DNA of 51,449 nucleotides from an uncultured Clostridia bacterium (GCA_947626865.1 CANQTZ010000003.1:1-51449), one strand, 5' to 3'; positions 9,250 to 22,522 are shown, counted from the stretch's first letter. Notes: generated by a model from the sequence alone, not told the origin. Numbers and translations: made by a program.

Positions 9250-9254
9250 AAATA

Positions 9255-9290
9255 AAAAAGCCCAGTGCTTATTTTAGCATGGGTTTTTTT
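9255..9290 (+). terminator. Rho-independent terminator after rpsO
   Basis: GCCCA-g-TGCT...AGCA-TGGGT followed by a T run. Confidence 0.7.
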
Positions 9291-9312
9291 AAGTAAAAAA
9301 ATAGGTGCAAAA

Positions 9313-9403
9313 TTAAGCAAGAATTTAGGTGGGTAGCTTGTATAATGTATTAAAATATGGAAAAAATAATGCATTATAGAGGTTACAATCTAAACTTGCT
9401 TAA
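9313..9403 (+). promoter_or_regulatory. Long imperfect stem-loop in the pnp leader
   Basis: TTAAGCAAG...TATAATGTATT pairs with AATGCATTATA...CTTGCTTAA. Confidence 0.5.
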
Positions 9404-9435
9404 AAATATTAAATAAAGAAAGGAAGAAAAATATT

Positions 9436-11556
9436 ATGTTTAAAGTATATGAAACAGAATTAGCAGGAAGAAAACTTATAATAGAAACTGGAAAAATGGC
9501 AGGTTTAGCAAATGGAAGTGTATTAGTTCGTTATGGAGACACATGTGTATTAGTAAATGTAACAGCTTCTAAAGAACCAAGAGAAGGAATTGACTTCTTT
9601 CCGCTATCAGTAGATTTTGAGGAAAAATTATATGCAGTAGGAAAAATACCAGGAAGTTTCCTAAAAAGAGAAGGAAAACCAAGTGATAAAGCAATATTAA
9701 CATCAAGAGCAATTGATAGACCACTAAGACCATTATTTCCAAAAGATTTTAGAAATGATGTAGTAGTAGTTGCAACTGTACTATGTGTGGAACAAGATAA
9801 TTCACCAGAAGTAGCAGCAATGATTGGTGCAGCATGTAGCTTAGCAATATCAGATATTCCATTTGGAGGACCAACAGCAGCAGTAGCAGTAGGATTAGTA
9901 GATGGAGAAATTATCATAAATCCAACAGAAGAACAAAGAAAAGTAAGTGACTTAAATCTAACAGTTGCAGCAACTGAAAAGAAAATCACTATGATAGAAG
10001 CAGGAGGAAATGAAATACCAGAAAGCACTATGCTAAAAGCAATAAAAGAAGCACATAAAGAAATTAAGAAAATATGTAAATTTATTTCAAAAATACAAAA
10101 AGAAATTGGAAAACCAAAATTTGAATACAAATCATTTGAAGTAGACCATGAAGTTTATGAATTTATAGAGCAAAACTTCAAAGATGAAATGAAAGCAAAA
10201 GTGCAAGAAGCAGATAAACAAATAAGAGATAAAAATATAGACGAATTAACAGAAAAAATTCAAGAAACATATAGTCAAAAATTTGGAGAAGAAGCACTAG
10301 AAGAACACAAAAGTGACATAGCAGAAGCAATCTATAAATTAGAAAAAAAATGTGTAAGAGAAATTATTTATTTTGAGCATAAACGTGTAGATGGAAGAGC
10401 ATTAGATGAAATTAGACCATTATCTTGTGAAGTTGGTTTACTTCCAAGAACACATGGAAGTAGCTTATTTACAAGAGGACAAACACAAGTAATGTCTGTT
10501 GCAACATTAGGAATGATTTCAGAAGAACAAGTATTAGATGGCATAGATACAGAAGAATCTAAAAGATATATGCACCATTACAATTTCCCAAGCTATTCAG
10601 TAGGAGAAGCAAGACCATCAAGAGGACCAGGAAGAAGAGAAATAGGTCATGGAGCATTAGCAGAAAAAGCTTTAGTTCCAGTATTACCATCAAAAGAAGA
10701 ATTCCCTTATGCAATTAGAGTAGTATCAGAAGTATTATCTTCAAATGGTTCAACCTCACAAGCTAGTATTTGTGGAAGTACATTATCACTAATGGATGCA
10801 GGTGTACCAATAAAAAGACCAGTAGCTGGAATTTCGACAGGGCTTGTAACAAATCCAGATAATGAAGATGACTATGTTATGCTTGTAGACATTCAAGGAC
10901 TAGAAGATTTTTTCGGTGACATGGACTTTAAAGTAGGAGGAACATCAAAAGGAATAACAGCAATACAAGTAGACATCAAATGTGATGGACTAACTTATGA
11001 CATTATAAAAGAAGCATTTGAAAAAACAAAAATAGCAAGACAGCATATATTAGATGATGTAATGCTACCTGTTATTAGTAAGCCAAAAGAGGATATTTCT
11101 AAATATGCACCAAGAATTGTAAGTACACAAATAAAAGTAGAAAAAATAAAAGACGTTATTGGACCTAGTGGAAAAATGATTAATAAAATAATTGAAGAAA
11201 CAGGTGTAAAAATAGACATAGAAGAAGATGGACAAGTCTTTATTTATTCAGATGATAGTGAGAAAGCAATTCAAGCATTAGAAATGATAGAAGATATTGT
11301 GCGTGAAGTAGAAGTTGGGGGAATTTATTATGGCGAAGTAGTACGCATAATGAACTTTGGTGCGTTTGTAGATTTAGGCTGTGGTGGAAAAGAAGGACTA
11401 CTGCACATTTCTAAAATATCAAAAGAAAGAATTAAAAATATCGAAGATGTTCTTCATGTAGGAGATAAAGTAACTGTTAAAGTAATTAGTATTGATGAAC
11501 AAGATAGAATAAATTTAAGTATGAATGATTTTGACGAAGTAAAAGAAGAAAAATAA
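9436..11556 (+). CDS. pnp: Polyribonucleotide nucleotidyltransferase
   Basis: DFFPLSVDFEEK, RREIGHGALAE, GDMDFKVGG, KH and S1 domains. Confidence 0.99.
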   Translation: MFKVYETELAGRKLIIETGKMAGLANGSVLVRYGDTCVLVNVTASKEPREGIDFFPLSVDFEEKLYAVGKIPGSFLKREGKPSDKAILTSRAIDRPLRPLFPKDFRNDVVVVATVLCVEQDNSPEVAAMIGAACSLAISDIPFGGPTAAVAVGLVDGEIIINPTEEQRKVSDLNLTVAATEKKITMIEAGGNEIPESTMLKAIKEAHKEIKKICKFISKIQKEIGKPKFEYKSFEVDHEVYEFIEQNFKDEMKAKVQEADKQIRDKNIDELTEKIQETYSQKFGEEALEEHKSDIAEAIYKLEKKCVREIIYFEHKRVDGRALDEIRPLSCEVGLLPRTHGSSLFTRGQTQVMSVATLGMISEEQVLDGIDTEESKRYMHHYNFPSYSVGEARPSRGPGRREIGHGALAEKALVPVLPSKEEFPYAIRVVSEVLSSNGSTSQASICGSTLSLMDAGVPIKRPVAGISTGLVTNPDNEDDYVMLVDIQGLEDFFGDMDFKVGGTSKGITAIQVDIKCDGLTYDIIKEAFEKTKIARQHILDDVMLPVISKPKEDISKYAPRIVSTQIKVEKIKDVIGPSGKMINKIIEETGVKIDIEEDGQVFIYSDDSEKAIQALEMIEDIVREVEVGGIYYGEVVRIMNFGAFVDLGCGGKEGLLHISKISKERIKNIEDVLHVGDKVTVKVISIDEQDRINLSMNDFDEVKEEK

Positions 11557-11587
11557 GAAAAATTATGTGGCTGTGAGGTATTAAAGA

Positions 11588-12947
11588 ATGATGATGTATC
11601 AAAGTAAAAAAAAGAATAAAGTTGCATATTATAGTTTCTTGTTTGTTTTGCTGATAATCTTATATTTTGCATATCAATATTATCAGCAAAATAACTTTAA
11701 TGATTTTACAAGAAGTGAAACTAATTTATATACTTCGCAATTTATAAGGGACAATCAAGAAAAATACAATGACAAAAGAAGCTATAAAATAAAATCAGAT
11801 GAATATAATGATGCCATGTTTTATAAAAAAGTAAAAGTAAGTAAAAACGAACCATATAAAGTAACTTGTATGGTAAAAACTAATGATGTAAAAGCTAAAG
11901 AAGAAAAATCAGGAGTAGGAGCACAAATATCAATAGAAGGAACAACAGAAAGGTCAGTTGCGGTATCTGGAACTGAAGATTGGCAAAAAATAGAATTGAT
12001 TTTTAATGCAAGAGATAGAGAAGAAGTAAACATTGGATTTCGTTTGGGAGGATATTTAGGAGAAGCAAAAGGAGAAGCGTGGTTCTCAAACTTGACAATA
12101 GAAGAAGGAATAGCTGAAAAAGATAACAATTGGAAATTTGCTTGTTTTATCTTTAAAAATACAGATGTAACGATAGGACAAAAGCAAATACAATTGAAAG
12201 TAACACAAAACGATATAAATGACATAACTAATACAATAAGGCGATTTGAAGATGCTTGTCATGACCTTTCTAATGGAAAAATGACTGCAAAATGTGATAT
12301 TTACGAAGTTGAAACTCCATTATCGAAATTATCATATGATGATGAATTTGCTTATTATGCATCAGCAGAAGATGTTGAAAGTCAAATAAAAGATACAGTA
12401 TCAGCAGGCGATTATGACCATATATTTGCAATTGTGAGACTTCGGAGATGAAGAACACGAAAATGATATAGAAGTAAATGATTGGATAGGTTTAGGCTCA
12501 ATGGATTATTATGGAATTGGCTTTTCAAATATTCGTCTGCCAAATGATTCAAGAAGTTATGTGTACAGATACAATAGCAGAGTTAATACTTTCCCAGAAG
12601 AAGTATTTTTGCATGAGTTTTTACATTCTTTAGAACGAAATTCAGAAGAATATGGCTATAGCATTCCTCAATTACATGATTATGAAGTATATGGATATCA
12701 AAATGAATCTTTAACTGGGCAGAAAAAGTGGTATACTGATTATATGAATAAAAATATAAACACAACAGAAGGAAAAATTGGCTTGCCAGAAGAAATATAT
12801 AATTTAAAACCAGCTAAAAATAGCAATTTTGAGTTTTCAACTAATATGAAAGAAGTTTTTAAAGAACCAGAAAATATCATAGAAGGAATAAAAGAGCTTT
12901 TTGATAATCTAGTAAATAAAATAAATTACATAGGGAAGATGGGATAA
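11588..12947 (+). CDS. Membrane-anchored protein with carbohydrate-binding-like domain and HExxH metallopeptidase-like motif; one +1 shift at CGGA 12443
   Basis: ORFs 11588-12451 and 12501-12947 join by skipping C12443 ([28 protein letters not shown]); FLHEFLH motif lies after the shift. Confidence 0.7.
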
Positions 12948-12949
12948 AG

Positions 12950-15112
<2,163 letters not shown>

Positions 15113-15117
15113 ATGGG

Positions 15118-16669
15118 GTGATACAAATGAATTTGATGGAAGAAAGTTTTGTTACAAATCAGGAAAAAAAGAAAAAAAGAACTACAACAATTTTATTAGT
15201 TGCAATTATTCTTGTAGTCATGATTATTGTTTTTATTGTTGCATATTTAATGTATTTACAAAGTGGAAAAATGAAAGCAACCATTGATGGTGTATCACAA
15301 GATGAAATCATTAATGTCTTAAGATTTGAAAATGATGGCAAAATATATGCACCTATAAAAGAAATAGCTAAATATTTAGGCTATGAAAGTTATAATGGAG
15401 AATATAGTGATAAATCAGAAGAAATAAGTAAATGCTATGTTATATGCGAAAATGAAGTAGCAAATTTTCAGCTAGGAGAAAGGAAAATTTATAAAAAAGA
15501 TTTAACTAAAACTAATGCAGATTATGAATATGTTTATATTAAGGAACCAGTTAAAGCAATTGATGGTGTTTTATATGTTTCAACTGAAGGATTAGAAAAA
15601 GCATTTAATATAAGTTTTCAATATGATCAAGCAAATAATACAATATCAATCTGGACAGTACCAGCTTTATATCAATTTTATGCAAGCAAAGTATTAGATT
15701 ATGGATATACAGAATTAGATAAAGAATTTGCTAATCAAAAAGCAATTTTAAATGATATGTTAGTTGTATCAAAAAATGAGGGTAAGATATATGGAGTAAT
15801 TCGGAGCAGCAGATGGAAAAGCAATATTAGAACCAAAATATGATGGAATTACATATCTTCCTAATACAGGAGATTTTTTAGTAAAAACAGGTGAAAAAGT
15901 AGGAATTATATCATCTAATAGAGAAACAAAAGTACAAATAATATATGATAGCATCGAATTGATGGATAGTGATGTTGGTTTATATGTTGCTAAAAAAGAT
16001 GATAAATTTGGAGTAATAGATTTAAAAGGAAATGAAAAAATTTATATAGAAAATGATGAAATAGGAATTGACATTTCTAAATTTGCACAAAATAATATAA
16101 AAAATAAATATATATTAGCAGATGGTTTAATACCAGTTAAAAATGGAGAATATTGGGGACTATATGACACGAATGGAAATCAATTAACTCCATTCCAGTA
16201 TGATAGTTTAGGATATATAGCTTCAAGCAATAAAGAAGCAATTAATTTATTGGTAATTCCTAAATACAATGTATTAGTAGCATGTCAAAATAAAAAATAT
16301 ACATTAATTAATCCATCAGGACAAGAATTATTCCCAGCAGTAGCAGATGACATTTATATGTTAATTTCTAGTGGACAAACATATTATTATATAACAGTTA
16401 ATGACAAGAAATTTGACCTAATAGAATATTTAGACAGTAATGGAATTATTACAACAGGACAAGATGAAAATGAGCAAAATAATGAACAAAATGTTGGCGG
16501 AGAAGAACAAGAAAGTGAAGAAAATATCGGAAATGGACAACAAGAGGAAAACAATCAACAAAATCAGGACGAAAGTCAAGAAGAACAAAACGGAAATGAC
16601 CAACAAAATCAAGGTACAGAACAGGAAGAACAAGGTCAACAAGAACAAAATGGTAGTGATAATGAATAA
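15118..16669 (+). CDS. Membrane-anchored WG-repeat protein with acidic Q/E/N-rich tail; one +1 shift at CGGA 15802
   Basis: Skipping C15802 gives YGVI-G-AADGKAILEPKYD, which runs into ORF 15959. WG-like repeats FGVIDLKG and WGLYDTNG. Confidence 0.75.
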
Positions 16670-16890
16670 GGATTTTTTTAATAAAATGTTACAATTCACA
16701 GCCAGATTTATATTTTGACATATAAAATTTATTGGCTGTGAAATGTCAAAAAAAATCCTTTTTTTTGACATTTTTTTAAAAAACCATTTACATTTTTAAA
16801 TAATTTGTATAAAATAAAATAGAATAAATAAAAAAGAAACAATAGGAAAAAGATTCACGAAAGAAAATAAAAGGAAAGGGAGTATTGTTG

Positions 16891-18186
16891 ATGAAAATAT
16901 TAATGTTAACATGGGAATATCCACCAAGAGTTGTAGGAGGAATTTCAAGAGTAGTATATGACTTATCAAGAACTTTACGAAAGGATGGGCATGACGTTAC
17001 AGTCATCACATATCGTGATGGAAATACCCCTTATTTTGAAGACGACAAAGGCGTAAAAGTATATAGGGTAGATAATTATATGATAAACCCAAATAACTTT
17101 ATAGATTGGGTTATGCAATTGAATTTTAACATGATAGCAAAAGCAAATGAAATAATGAGAGAACAAGGATTATTTGATGTAATTCATGCACATGATTGGC
17201 TAGTAGCATATACTGCAAAAAACTTAAAAAATTCCTACAATATACCAATAGTTGCTACAATTCATGCAACAGAAGCAGGAAGAAATAGTGGAATTCATGA
17301 TGAACAACAAAGATACATCAATGATACAGAATGGATGCTTACCTATGAATCAGCAGAAGTAGTAGTAAACAGCAATTATATGAAAGGTGAGTTACAAAGA
17401 CTATTTGGTTTGCCTTATGAAAAAATAAATGTAGTACCAAATGGTGTAAACTTAAATTTATTTAATGGAATAGAAAAAGATTATACATTTAGAAGAAAAT
17501 ATGCAATGGATAATGAAAAAATCATCTTATTCATGGGAAGACTAGTATATGAAAAAGGAATACAACATTTAATATCTGCTATGCCAAAAGTATTATCTGG
17601 TTACCACGATTCAAAATTAGTAATATGTGGTAGAGGTGGAATGTTAGATGAATTAAAACAACAAGTAGATGCTATGGGTATATCAAATAAAGTATATTTT
17701 GCAGGATATATGGGTGGAAAAGATGTACAAAAAATATATAAGGTAGCTGATGTATCTGTATTTCCAAGCACATATGAACCATTTGGAATAGTAGCCCTAG
17801 AAGCAATGCTATCCGAAAATCCAATAGTAGTATCAGACATTGGAGGACTAAATGAAATAGTAGAACACAGAGTAAACGGAATGAAAGCATATTGTGGCAA
17901 TCCAAACTCAATAGCAGATTCAATATTAGAATTATTATATGATCATAAGTTATGCAATGATATAGTAAAAAGAGCAAAAAACAAAGTAAGAAACGAGTAC
18001 AATTGGAGTAAAATAGCACAAGACACACACTTTACATATCAAAAAGCAATATGCCAATCTATGGCAGAAAAACAAAAAAGACAATTGGAACAAGAAAGAG
18101 CAAGAAGAACCAAAAAAACAAGAAAAACAGAAAACGAAATTACCAATTTACTCAACTTCAAAAAACAACGTCAAGCTTATGCATAA
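16891..18186 (+). CDS. Glycosyltransferase family 4
   Basis: WEYPPRVVGG, IHAHDWL, GRLVYEKG, YEPFGIVALEAM. Confidence 0.92.
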   Translation: MKILMLTWEYPPRVVGGISRVVYDLSRTLRKDGHDVTVITYRDGNTPYFEDDKGVKVYRVDNYMINPNNFIDWVMQLNFNMIAKANEIMREQGLFDVIHAHDWLVAYTAKNLKNSYNIPIVATIHATEAGRNSGIHDEQQRYINDTEWMLTYESAEVVVNSNYMKGELQRLFGLPYEKINVVPNGVNLNLFNGIEKDYTFRRKYAMDNEKIILFMGRLVYEKGIQHLISAMPKVLSGYHDSKLVICGRGGMLDELKQQVDAMGISNKVYFAGYMGGKDVQKIYKVADVSVFPSTYEPFGIVALEAMLSENPIVVSDIGGLNEIVEHRVNGMKAYCGNPNSIADSILELLYDHKLCNDIVKRAKNKVRNEYNWSKIAQDTHFTYQKAICQSMAEKQKRQLEQERARRTKKTRKTENEITNLLNFKKQRQAYA

Positions 18187-18198
18187 CTGTATAGAGAG

Positions 18199-18231
18199 AG
18201 CTACCACAAAAATTCAAAAGTGGTAGCTTTT
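18199..18231 (+). terminator. Terminator hairpin
   Basis: AGCTACCAC...GTGGTAGCT followed by T's. Confidence 0.65.
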
Positions 18232-18240
18232 ATGCGATAT

Positions 18241-18342
18241 GTCATTTGGGATGTGCCATTTGGGACAGGCACAAACGATACATCAATGTATCATTTGGGA
18301 CAGGCACAAACGGTACATCGATGTGCTTTTTGGGACAGGTTA
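18241..18342. repeat. REP-like intergenic repeat, family B (direct ~35-bp units)
   Basis: CATTTGGGACAGGCACAAACGRTACATCRATGT twice, then TTTTTGGGACAGGTTA; related to 21376-21560. Confidence 0.75.
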
Positions 18343-18378
18343 CAATTGAAATATATAAAATGAAATAGGAGAGTGAAC

Positions 18379-19284
18379 ATGGACAAAGAGTTTAAATCAG
18401 GCTTTGTGACGCTAATAGGGAGGACAAATGTGGGGAAATCTACATTGCTAAATTTATTGGTGGGTGAAAAGGTAGCTGCTATTGCAAATAAAGTGCAAAC
18501 GACAAGGACGGCTATAAAAGGAATTGTAAATAGGGAGAATAGCCAAATTATTTTTATAGATACGCCGGGAATTCATAAGCCTAAAACTAAATTGAATGAG
18601 ACGATGGTGGAGACTTCTTTTTCGAGTATTCAAGATGCTGATGTTGTTTTGTTTTTGATTGAAGCAACAAGTGAGGATATTGGAAAAGGGGACAGCATTA
18701 TATTGGAAAAAATTAAAGAGGCTAATAGAAAGACGATTTTGATAATTAATAAAATTGATTTGGTAAAAAGGGAAAAACTTTTGAATTTAATTGATATTTA
18801 TAGCAAACAATATAATTTTGAAGCAGTTATTCCTATTTCTGCGACAAATGCAAAGTATAAAGAAACCATATTAGATGAAATTGAAAAGAACTTAAATCTA
18901 GGTCCCGCATATTATGATATAGAGGAGTATACAGACCAAACATTAAGGCAATTAGCAGAAGAAACTATTAGGGAAAAAGCTTTAAAATTATTACAAGATG
19001 AAGTTCCTCATGGTATTTTCGTTGAAGTTGAAAAGATGAAATTAAGAAAAAATAAGCAAAAACAAGAAATTTATGATGTGGAAGCTACAATTTATTGTTT
19101 GAGAGAATCACATAAAGGAATAATTATTGGAAAAAATGGGGAAATGCTCAAACGAATAGGCAGATCTGCGAGGATAGATATGGAACAAAATTTTAATGTA
19201 AAAATAAATTTAAAAACGTGGGTAAAAGTCAAGGAAGATTGGCAATCAAATGACAAAATTGTAGAAAGATTCAAATTAAAATAA
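18379..19284 (+). CDS. era: GTPase Era
   Basis: FKSGFVTLIGRTNVGKSTL, QTTR, DTPG, NKID, KH domain with KGIIIGK. Confidence 0.98.
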   Translation: MDKEFKSGFVTLIGRTNVGKSTLLNLLVGEKVAAIANKVQTTRTAIKGIVNRENSQIIFIDTPGIHKPKTKLNETMVETSFSSIQDADVVLFLIEATSEDIGKGDSIILEKIKEANRKTILIINKIDLVKREKLLNLIDIYSKQYNFEAVIPISATNAKYKETILDEIEKNLNLGPAYYDIEEYTDQTLRQLAEETIREKALKLLQDEVPHGIFVEVEKMKLRKNKQKQEIYDVEATIYCLRESHKGIIIGKNGEMLKRIGRSARIDMEQNFNVKINLKTWVKVKEDWQSNDKIVERFKLK

Positions 19285-19361
19285 GTAAAACAGTATAAAA
19301 AATAGCAAAATGGCAAAAGATAAATTTAAAGGTAAAACTTTAAATAAAGGAAGTGAGCAAA

Positions 19362-19514
19362 GTGATAAAAAAAATAGCATGGGAAACATTTAAAAATACT
19401 GGTGATATTAACGCTTTTATGGAGTTGAAAAAAATAGAAAAGATAGAAAACGAAATAAAAGAGCGGTATGCAAAATCAAGCACCAGAGCAAATAGGAGAA
19501 AATCTAAAATATAA
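19362..19514 (+). CDS. Small YqzL-like protein; contains an in-frame CGG(T) at 19464
   Basis: GTG start after SD AAGGAAG: MIKKIAWETFKNTGDINAFMELKK. The W..F..TG.I motif and the era-X-recO position match YqzL. Below the ORF-track cutoff. Confidence 0.7.
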   Translation: MIKKIAWETFKNTGDINAFMELKKIEKIENEIKERYAKSSTRANRRKSKI

Positions 19515-19550
19515 TTTATAAAAAGAGCAATTATATTAAGAGGAAACAAA

Positions 19551-20279
19551 ATGGCAAATATAAAAATAAATGGAATTGTATTATCAGAAAGTAATATGGG
19601 AGATTTTGACAAAATGCTAACAATATTAACCCCAAATTATGGAAAAATATCATGTGTGGCCAAAGGAGCAAGAAGACCCAAAAGTGTTCTTTTGGCAGGT
19701 ACACAGATGTTTTGTTTTGGGGAATATTTGGTATATAAAGGAAATTCAACTTATCATATTAATTCGGTAGAACCAATTGAGATATTTTACAATCTTAGAA
19801 CTGATTTAGAAAAGTTGAAATATGCTGTACATATTAATAAAATTGTAAAAGATATAACACAAGAAAATGAGAATTGTTTTAAAATATTGCAATTATTATT
19901 AAATACACTTTACATCATATCACAAACAGATAAAAATTTAGATATGGTGCTAGGTGTATTTAAGTTACGTTTATTATGCTTTTTGGGGTTTACACCTAAA
20001 ATTCTAGGATGTACTAGTTGCAGAGAAAAAGAAGATTTATCTTGTTTTAGCATAAAAGATAATGGAATAAAGTGTAAAAATTGCGGAAAGCAAGATACAA
20101 GCACTATACAAATTAGCGAAAGCACATTAAGTGCTATAAAATATACAGTAACAGCTCCACCTAAAAAGTTATATTCTTTCAATTTAAAGGAAGAAGCCTT
20201 GGAAGAATTCAAATTGCTAACAAAACTTTATTTTGACGAAAAATTAGAAAAGCAGTATAAGTTAGAAGAATTATTTTAA
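19551..20279 (+). CDS. recO: DNA repair protein RecO
   Basis: DKMLTILT..YGKI...AKGARRPKS, C4 zinc motif, downstream of era. Confidence 0.95.
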   Translation: MANIKINGIVLSESNMGDFDKMLTILTPNYGKISCVAKGARRPKSVLLAGTQMFCFGEYLVYKGNSTYHINSVEPIEIFYNLRTDLEKLKYAVHINKIVKDITQENENCFKILQLLLNTLYIISQTDKNLDMVLGVFKLRLLCFLGFTPKILGCTSCREKEDLSCFSIKDNGIKCKNCGKQDTSTIQISESTLSAIKYTVTAPPKKLYSFNLKEEALEEFKLLTKLYFDEKLEKQYKLEELF

Positions 20280-20289
20280 AAAACAATCA

Positions 20290-20318
20290 TTGACAAGCAC
20301 AAAAATAATGTATATAAT
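20290..20318 (+). promoter_or_regulatory. Consensus sigma-A promoter of hpf
   Basis: TTGACA-17 bp-TATAAT. Confidence 0.8.
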
Positions 20319-20347
20319 AAAGCCATAAAAGAGAAAGGAGCGATTTT

Positions 20348-20875
20348 ATGAAAATTAAAATAACAGGAAAGGAACTAAAGATAACAGAAGCAATAAATGA
20401 TTATGTGGAAAAAAAATTAGACAGAATTGATAAATATTTTGAAGATGCACAAGCAGACGTTACTTTAAAAACAGAAAAAAATGAACAAATAGCAGAAATT
20501 TATGTAACAGCAAATGGAGAAAAATATAGAGCTGTAACAGAAGACAAAGATATGTATGCATCTATTGATAAGGACATAGACATCTTAGAAGGTCAAATCA
20601 GAAAAGCAAAAACTAAAAAAGAAAAAATGATGAAAGAAGCATCTATAAAAACAATGGAAGTAAAAAATGATAATATAGCACAATTGCAAGATGAAATAGT
20701 AAAAATATCTTATTACGAAATCAAACCAATGTTACCAGAAGATGCTGTTCTAAAATTAAAAGAACAACCAAGCCATAACTTTTTGACATTTATTAATGTA
20801 GAAACAGGAAAAGTAAATGTAATACATAGATTAAAAGATGGAAAAAATTATGGTTTAGTAGAACCAGAAGCTTAA
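20348..20875 (+). CDS. hpf: Ribosome hibernation promoting factor (long HPF)
   Basis: ITGKELKITEAINDYVEKKL, DMYASID, C-terminal KPM..EDA...YGLVEP. Confidence 0.93.
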   Translation: MKIKITGKELKITEAINDYVEKKLDRIDKYFEDAQADVTLKTEKNEQIAEIYVTANGEKYRAVTEDKDMYASIDKDIDILEGQIRKAKTKKEKMMKEASIKTMEVKNDNIAQLQDEIVKISYYEIKPMLPEDAVLKLKEQPSHNFLTFINVETGKVNVIHRLKDGKNYGLVEPEA

Positions 20876-20886
20876 AAATAATAAAT

Positions 20887-20932
20887 TAGTTTGAAAGAAT
20901 GTAAGCTTTCATTTCTATGTGTGCATTTTAAT
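20887..20932 (+). repeat. 46-bp dispersed repeat, copy 2
   Basis: Matches 3012-3057 with 2 mismatches. Confidence 0.85.
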
Positions 20933-20969
20933 TAAGAGGGAAAAGAATGGAATTTAATATGAAATATAA

Positions 20970-20996
20970 AAAGGCAGGAAATCAAATCCTGCCTTT
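20970..20996. terminator. Bidirectional terminator between hpf and the SASP gene
   Basis: AAAGGCAGGA-aatcaaa-TCCTGCCTTT. Confidence 0.7.
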
Positions 20997-21061
20997 ATGT
21001 ATATAAAAGCAAAATTTAACTTCCCGCAATCTATAAAATAAGAAATGTTTACAGGATTATC

Positions 21062-21259
21062 TTATTTCATTTGTTGTTCAGCTTGTTGTATCATTTTTCT
21101 AACCATGTTACCACCGATTTTACCAGCGTCTTTAGAAGAAAGGTCTCCATTATATCCATCTTTTAAAGTAACACCAACTTCACTAGCTACTTCATATTTA
21201 AATTTATCTAAAGCAGACATAGCTTCTGGAACTAATTTTTTATTTGAATTGTTTGCCAT
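21062..21259 (-). CDS. Alpha/beta-type small acid-soluble spore protein
   Basis: LVPEA..ALDKFKYEVASEVGV...GGNMVRKMI. Confidence 0.95.
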   Translation of the reverse strand: MANNSNKKLVPEAMSALDKFKYEVASEVGVTLKDGYNGDLSSKDAGKIGGNMVRKMIQQAEQQMK

Positions 21260-21375
21260 TGTTTTTTCACCTCCTGTAATATTACATATAAGAAAAAACC
21301 TTTGCTTTTTCTAATACTATCATTTGCTAAAAAAGATAAAAATAAACAAGTAATTTTTTCCAAAATAAAAAAATA

Positions 21376-21560
21376 TGGGATGTGTCGTTTGGGACAGGCA
21401 CTAATGGCACATCAATGTGCTTTTTGGGACAGGTTAAGTAGCCAAAAAATGGATTGCATTTTTTTATATTTTCTCGTAATATCAACCATTGTAGACACTT
21501 AACCTGTCCCTTTTGATACATCAATGTGCCATTAGTGCCTGTCCCAAACGACACATCCCA
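21376..21560. repeat. Family B inverted repeat (~64-bp arms) enclosing a 57-bp core
   Basis: TGGGATGTGTCGTTTGGGACAGGCACTAATGGCACAT...GGGACAGGTTAAGT (21376-21439) and its near reverse complement (21497-21560). Confidence 0.85.
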
Positions 21561-21652
21561 AACGACATATTCATTATTTTGTGCACTTGCCAAATGTAGA
21601 AAAAAGGATTATAATGTGGAAAGATGTAAGTTAAGGAGAGGAGAAAATCGGT

Positions 21653-22522
21653 ATGTATAAATTGGTAGCAGTGGATTTGGATGGAACAATGCTAAATCAA
21701 TATGGAATAGTAACGCAAAATACCAAGAATACCATAAAAAGAACAATAGAAAAGGGAATTGATGTTATTATTGCATCAGGAAGACCAATAGATTCTATAA
21801 AAACGATTGCGAAAGAAATTGGAAGCGAAAAGTATTTTATAGCTGGAAATGGTGCTTTAATTTATGATATACCAAAAGAACAAATTATATACGATAAACA
21901 GTTATCTAAGCAAAAAGTTCTAGAAATTATGAAAATATGTGAAGAAAATAGCATTTCTTATAATTTGTATACAAAAGAAACAATTCTGGCAAAAGCACTA
22001 AAATACAATGTTTTATATTATCAAAAAGAAAATTTAAAAAAACAAGAAAATGAACAAACCAAAATTAGTATTATCAAAAATTTATATGAATATGTAGAAA
22101 AAAATGATGAAAATAAATATCTAAAAATAACAATTTGTGATGATAATAAAAGTATATTTCAATCAATTATAAAAAAATTAAGAAAAGTAGATGAAATAGA
22201 AGTTTTAGATGTTTCGCACATGTCTAGAAAAACAATAAAACAAGGGACAGAAGAAATTAACATTGAATACTATTATACTGAAATAACATCTAAAAATGTA
22301 GATAAATGGGAAGCAATAAAATATTTAAGTCAAAAATTAGGAATAAATTCAGAAGAAATAATAGCAATTGGAGACAATATAAATGACAAAAAGATGATAG
22401 AAGAAGCTGGAATGGGAATTGCAATGGGAGGAAGTACACCAGTTATAACACAAGTAGCAAATTATGTTACCACCTCAAATGAAGAAGAAGGTGTTGCAAA
22501 AGCATTAGAAAAATTTTGTTAA
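21653..22522 (+). CDS. Cof-type HAD-IIB hydrolase
   Basis: DLDGTML, ASGRP, IAGNGA, IGDNINDKKM, NEEEGVA. Confidence 0.93.
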   Translation: MYKLVAVDLDGTMLNQYGIVTQNTKNTIKRTIEKGIDVIIASGRPIDSIKTIAKEIGSEKYFIAGNGALIYDIPKEQIIYDKQLSKQKVLEIMKICEENSISYNLYTKETILAKALKYNVLYYQKENLKKQENEQTKISIIKNLYEYVEKNDENKYLKITICDDNKSIFQSIIKKLRKVDEIEVLDVSHMSRKTIKQGTEEINIEYYYTEITSKNVDKWEAIKYLSQKLGINSEEIIAIGDNINDKKMIEEAGMGIAMGGSTPVITQVANYVTTSNEEEGVAKALEKFC

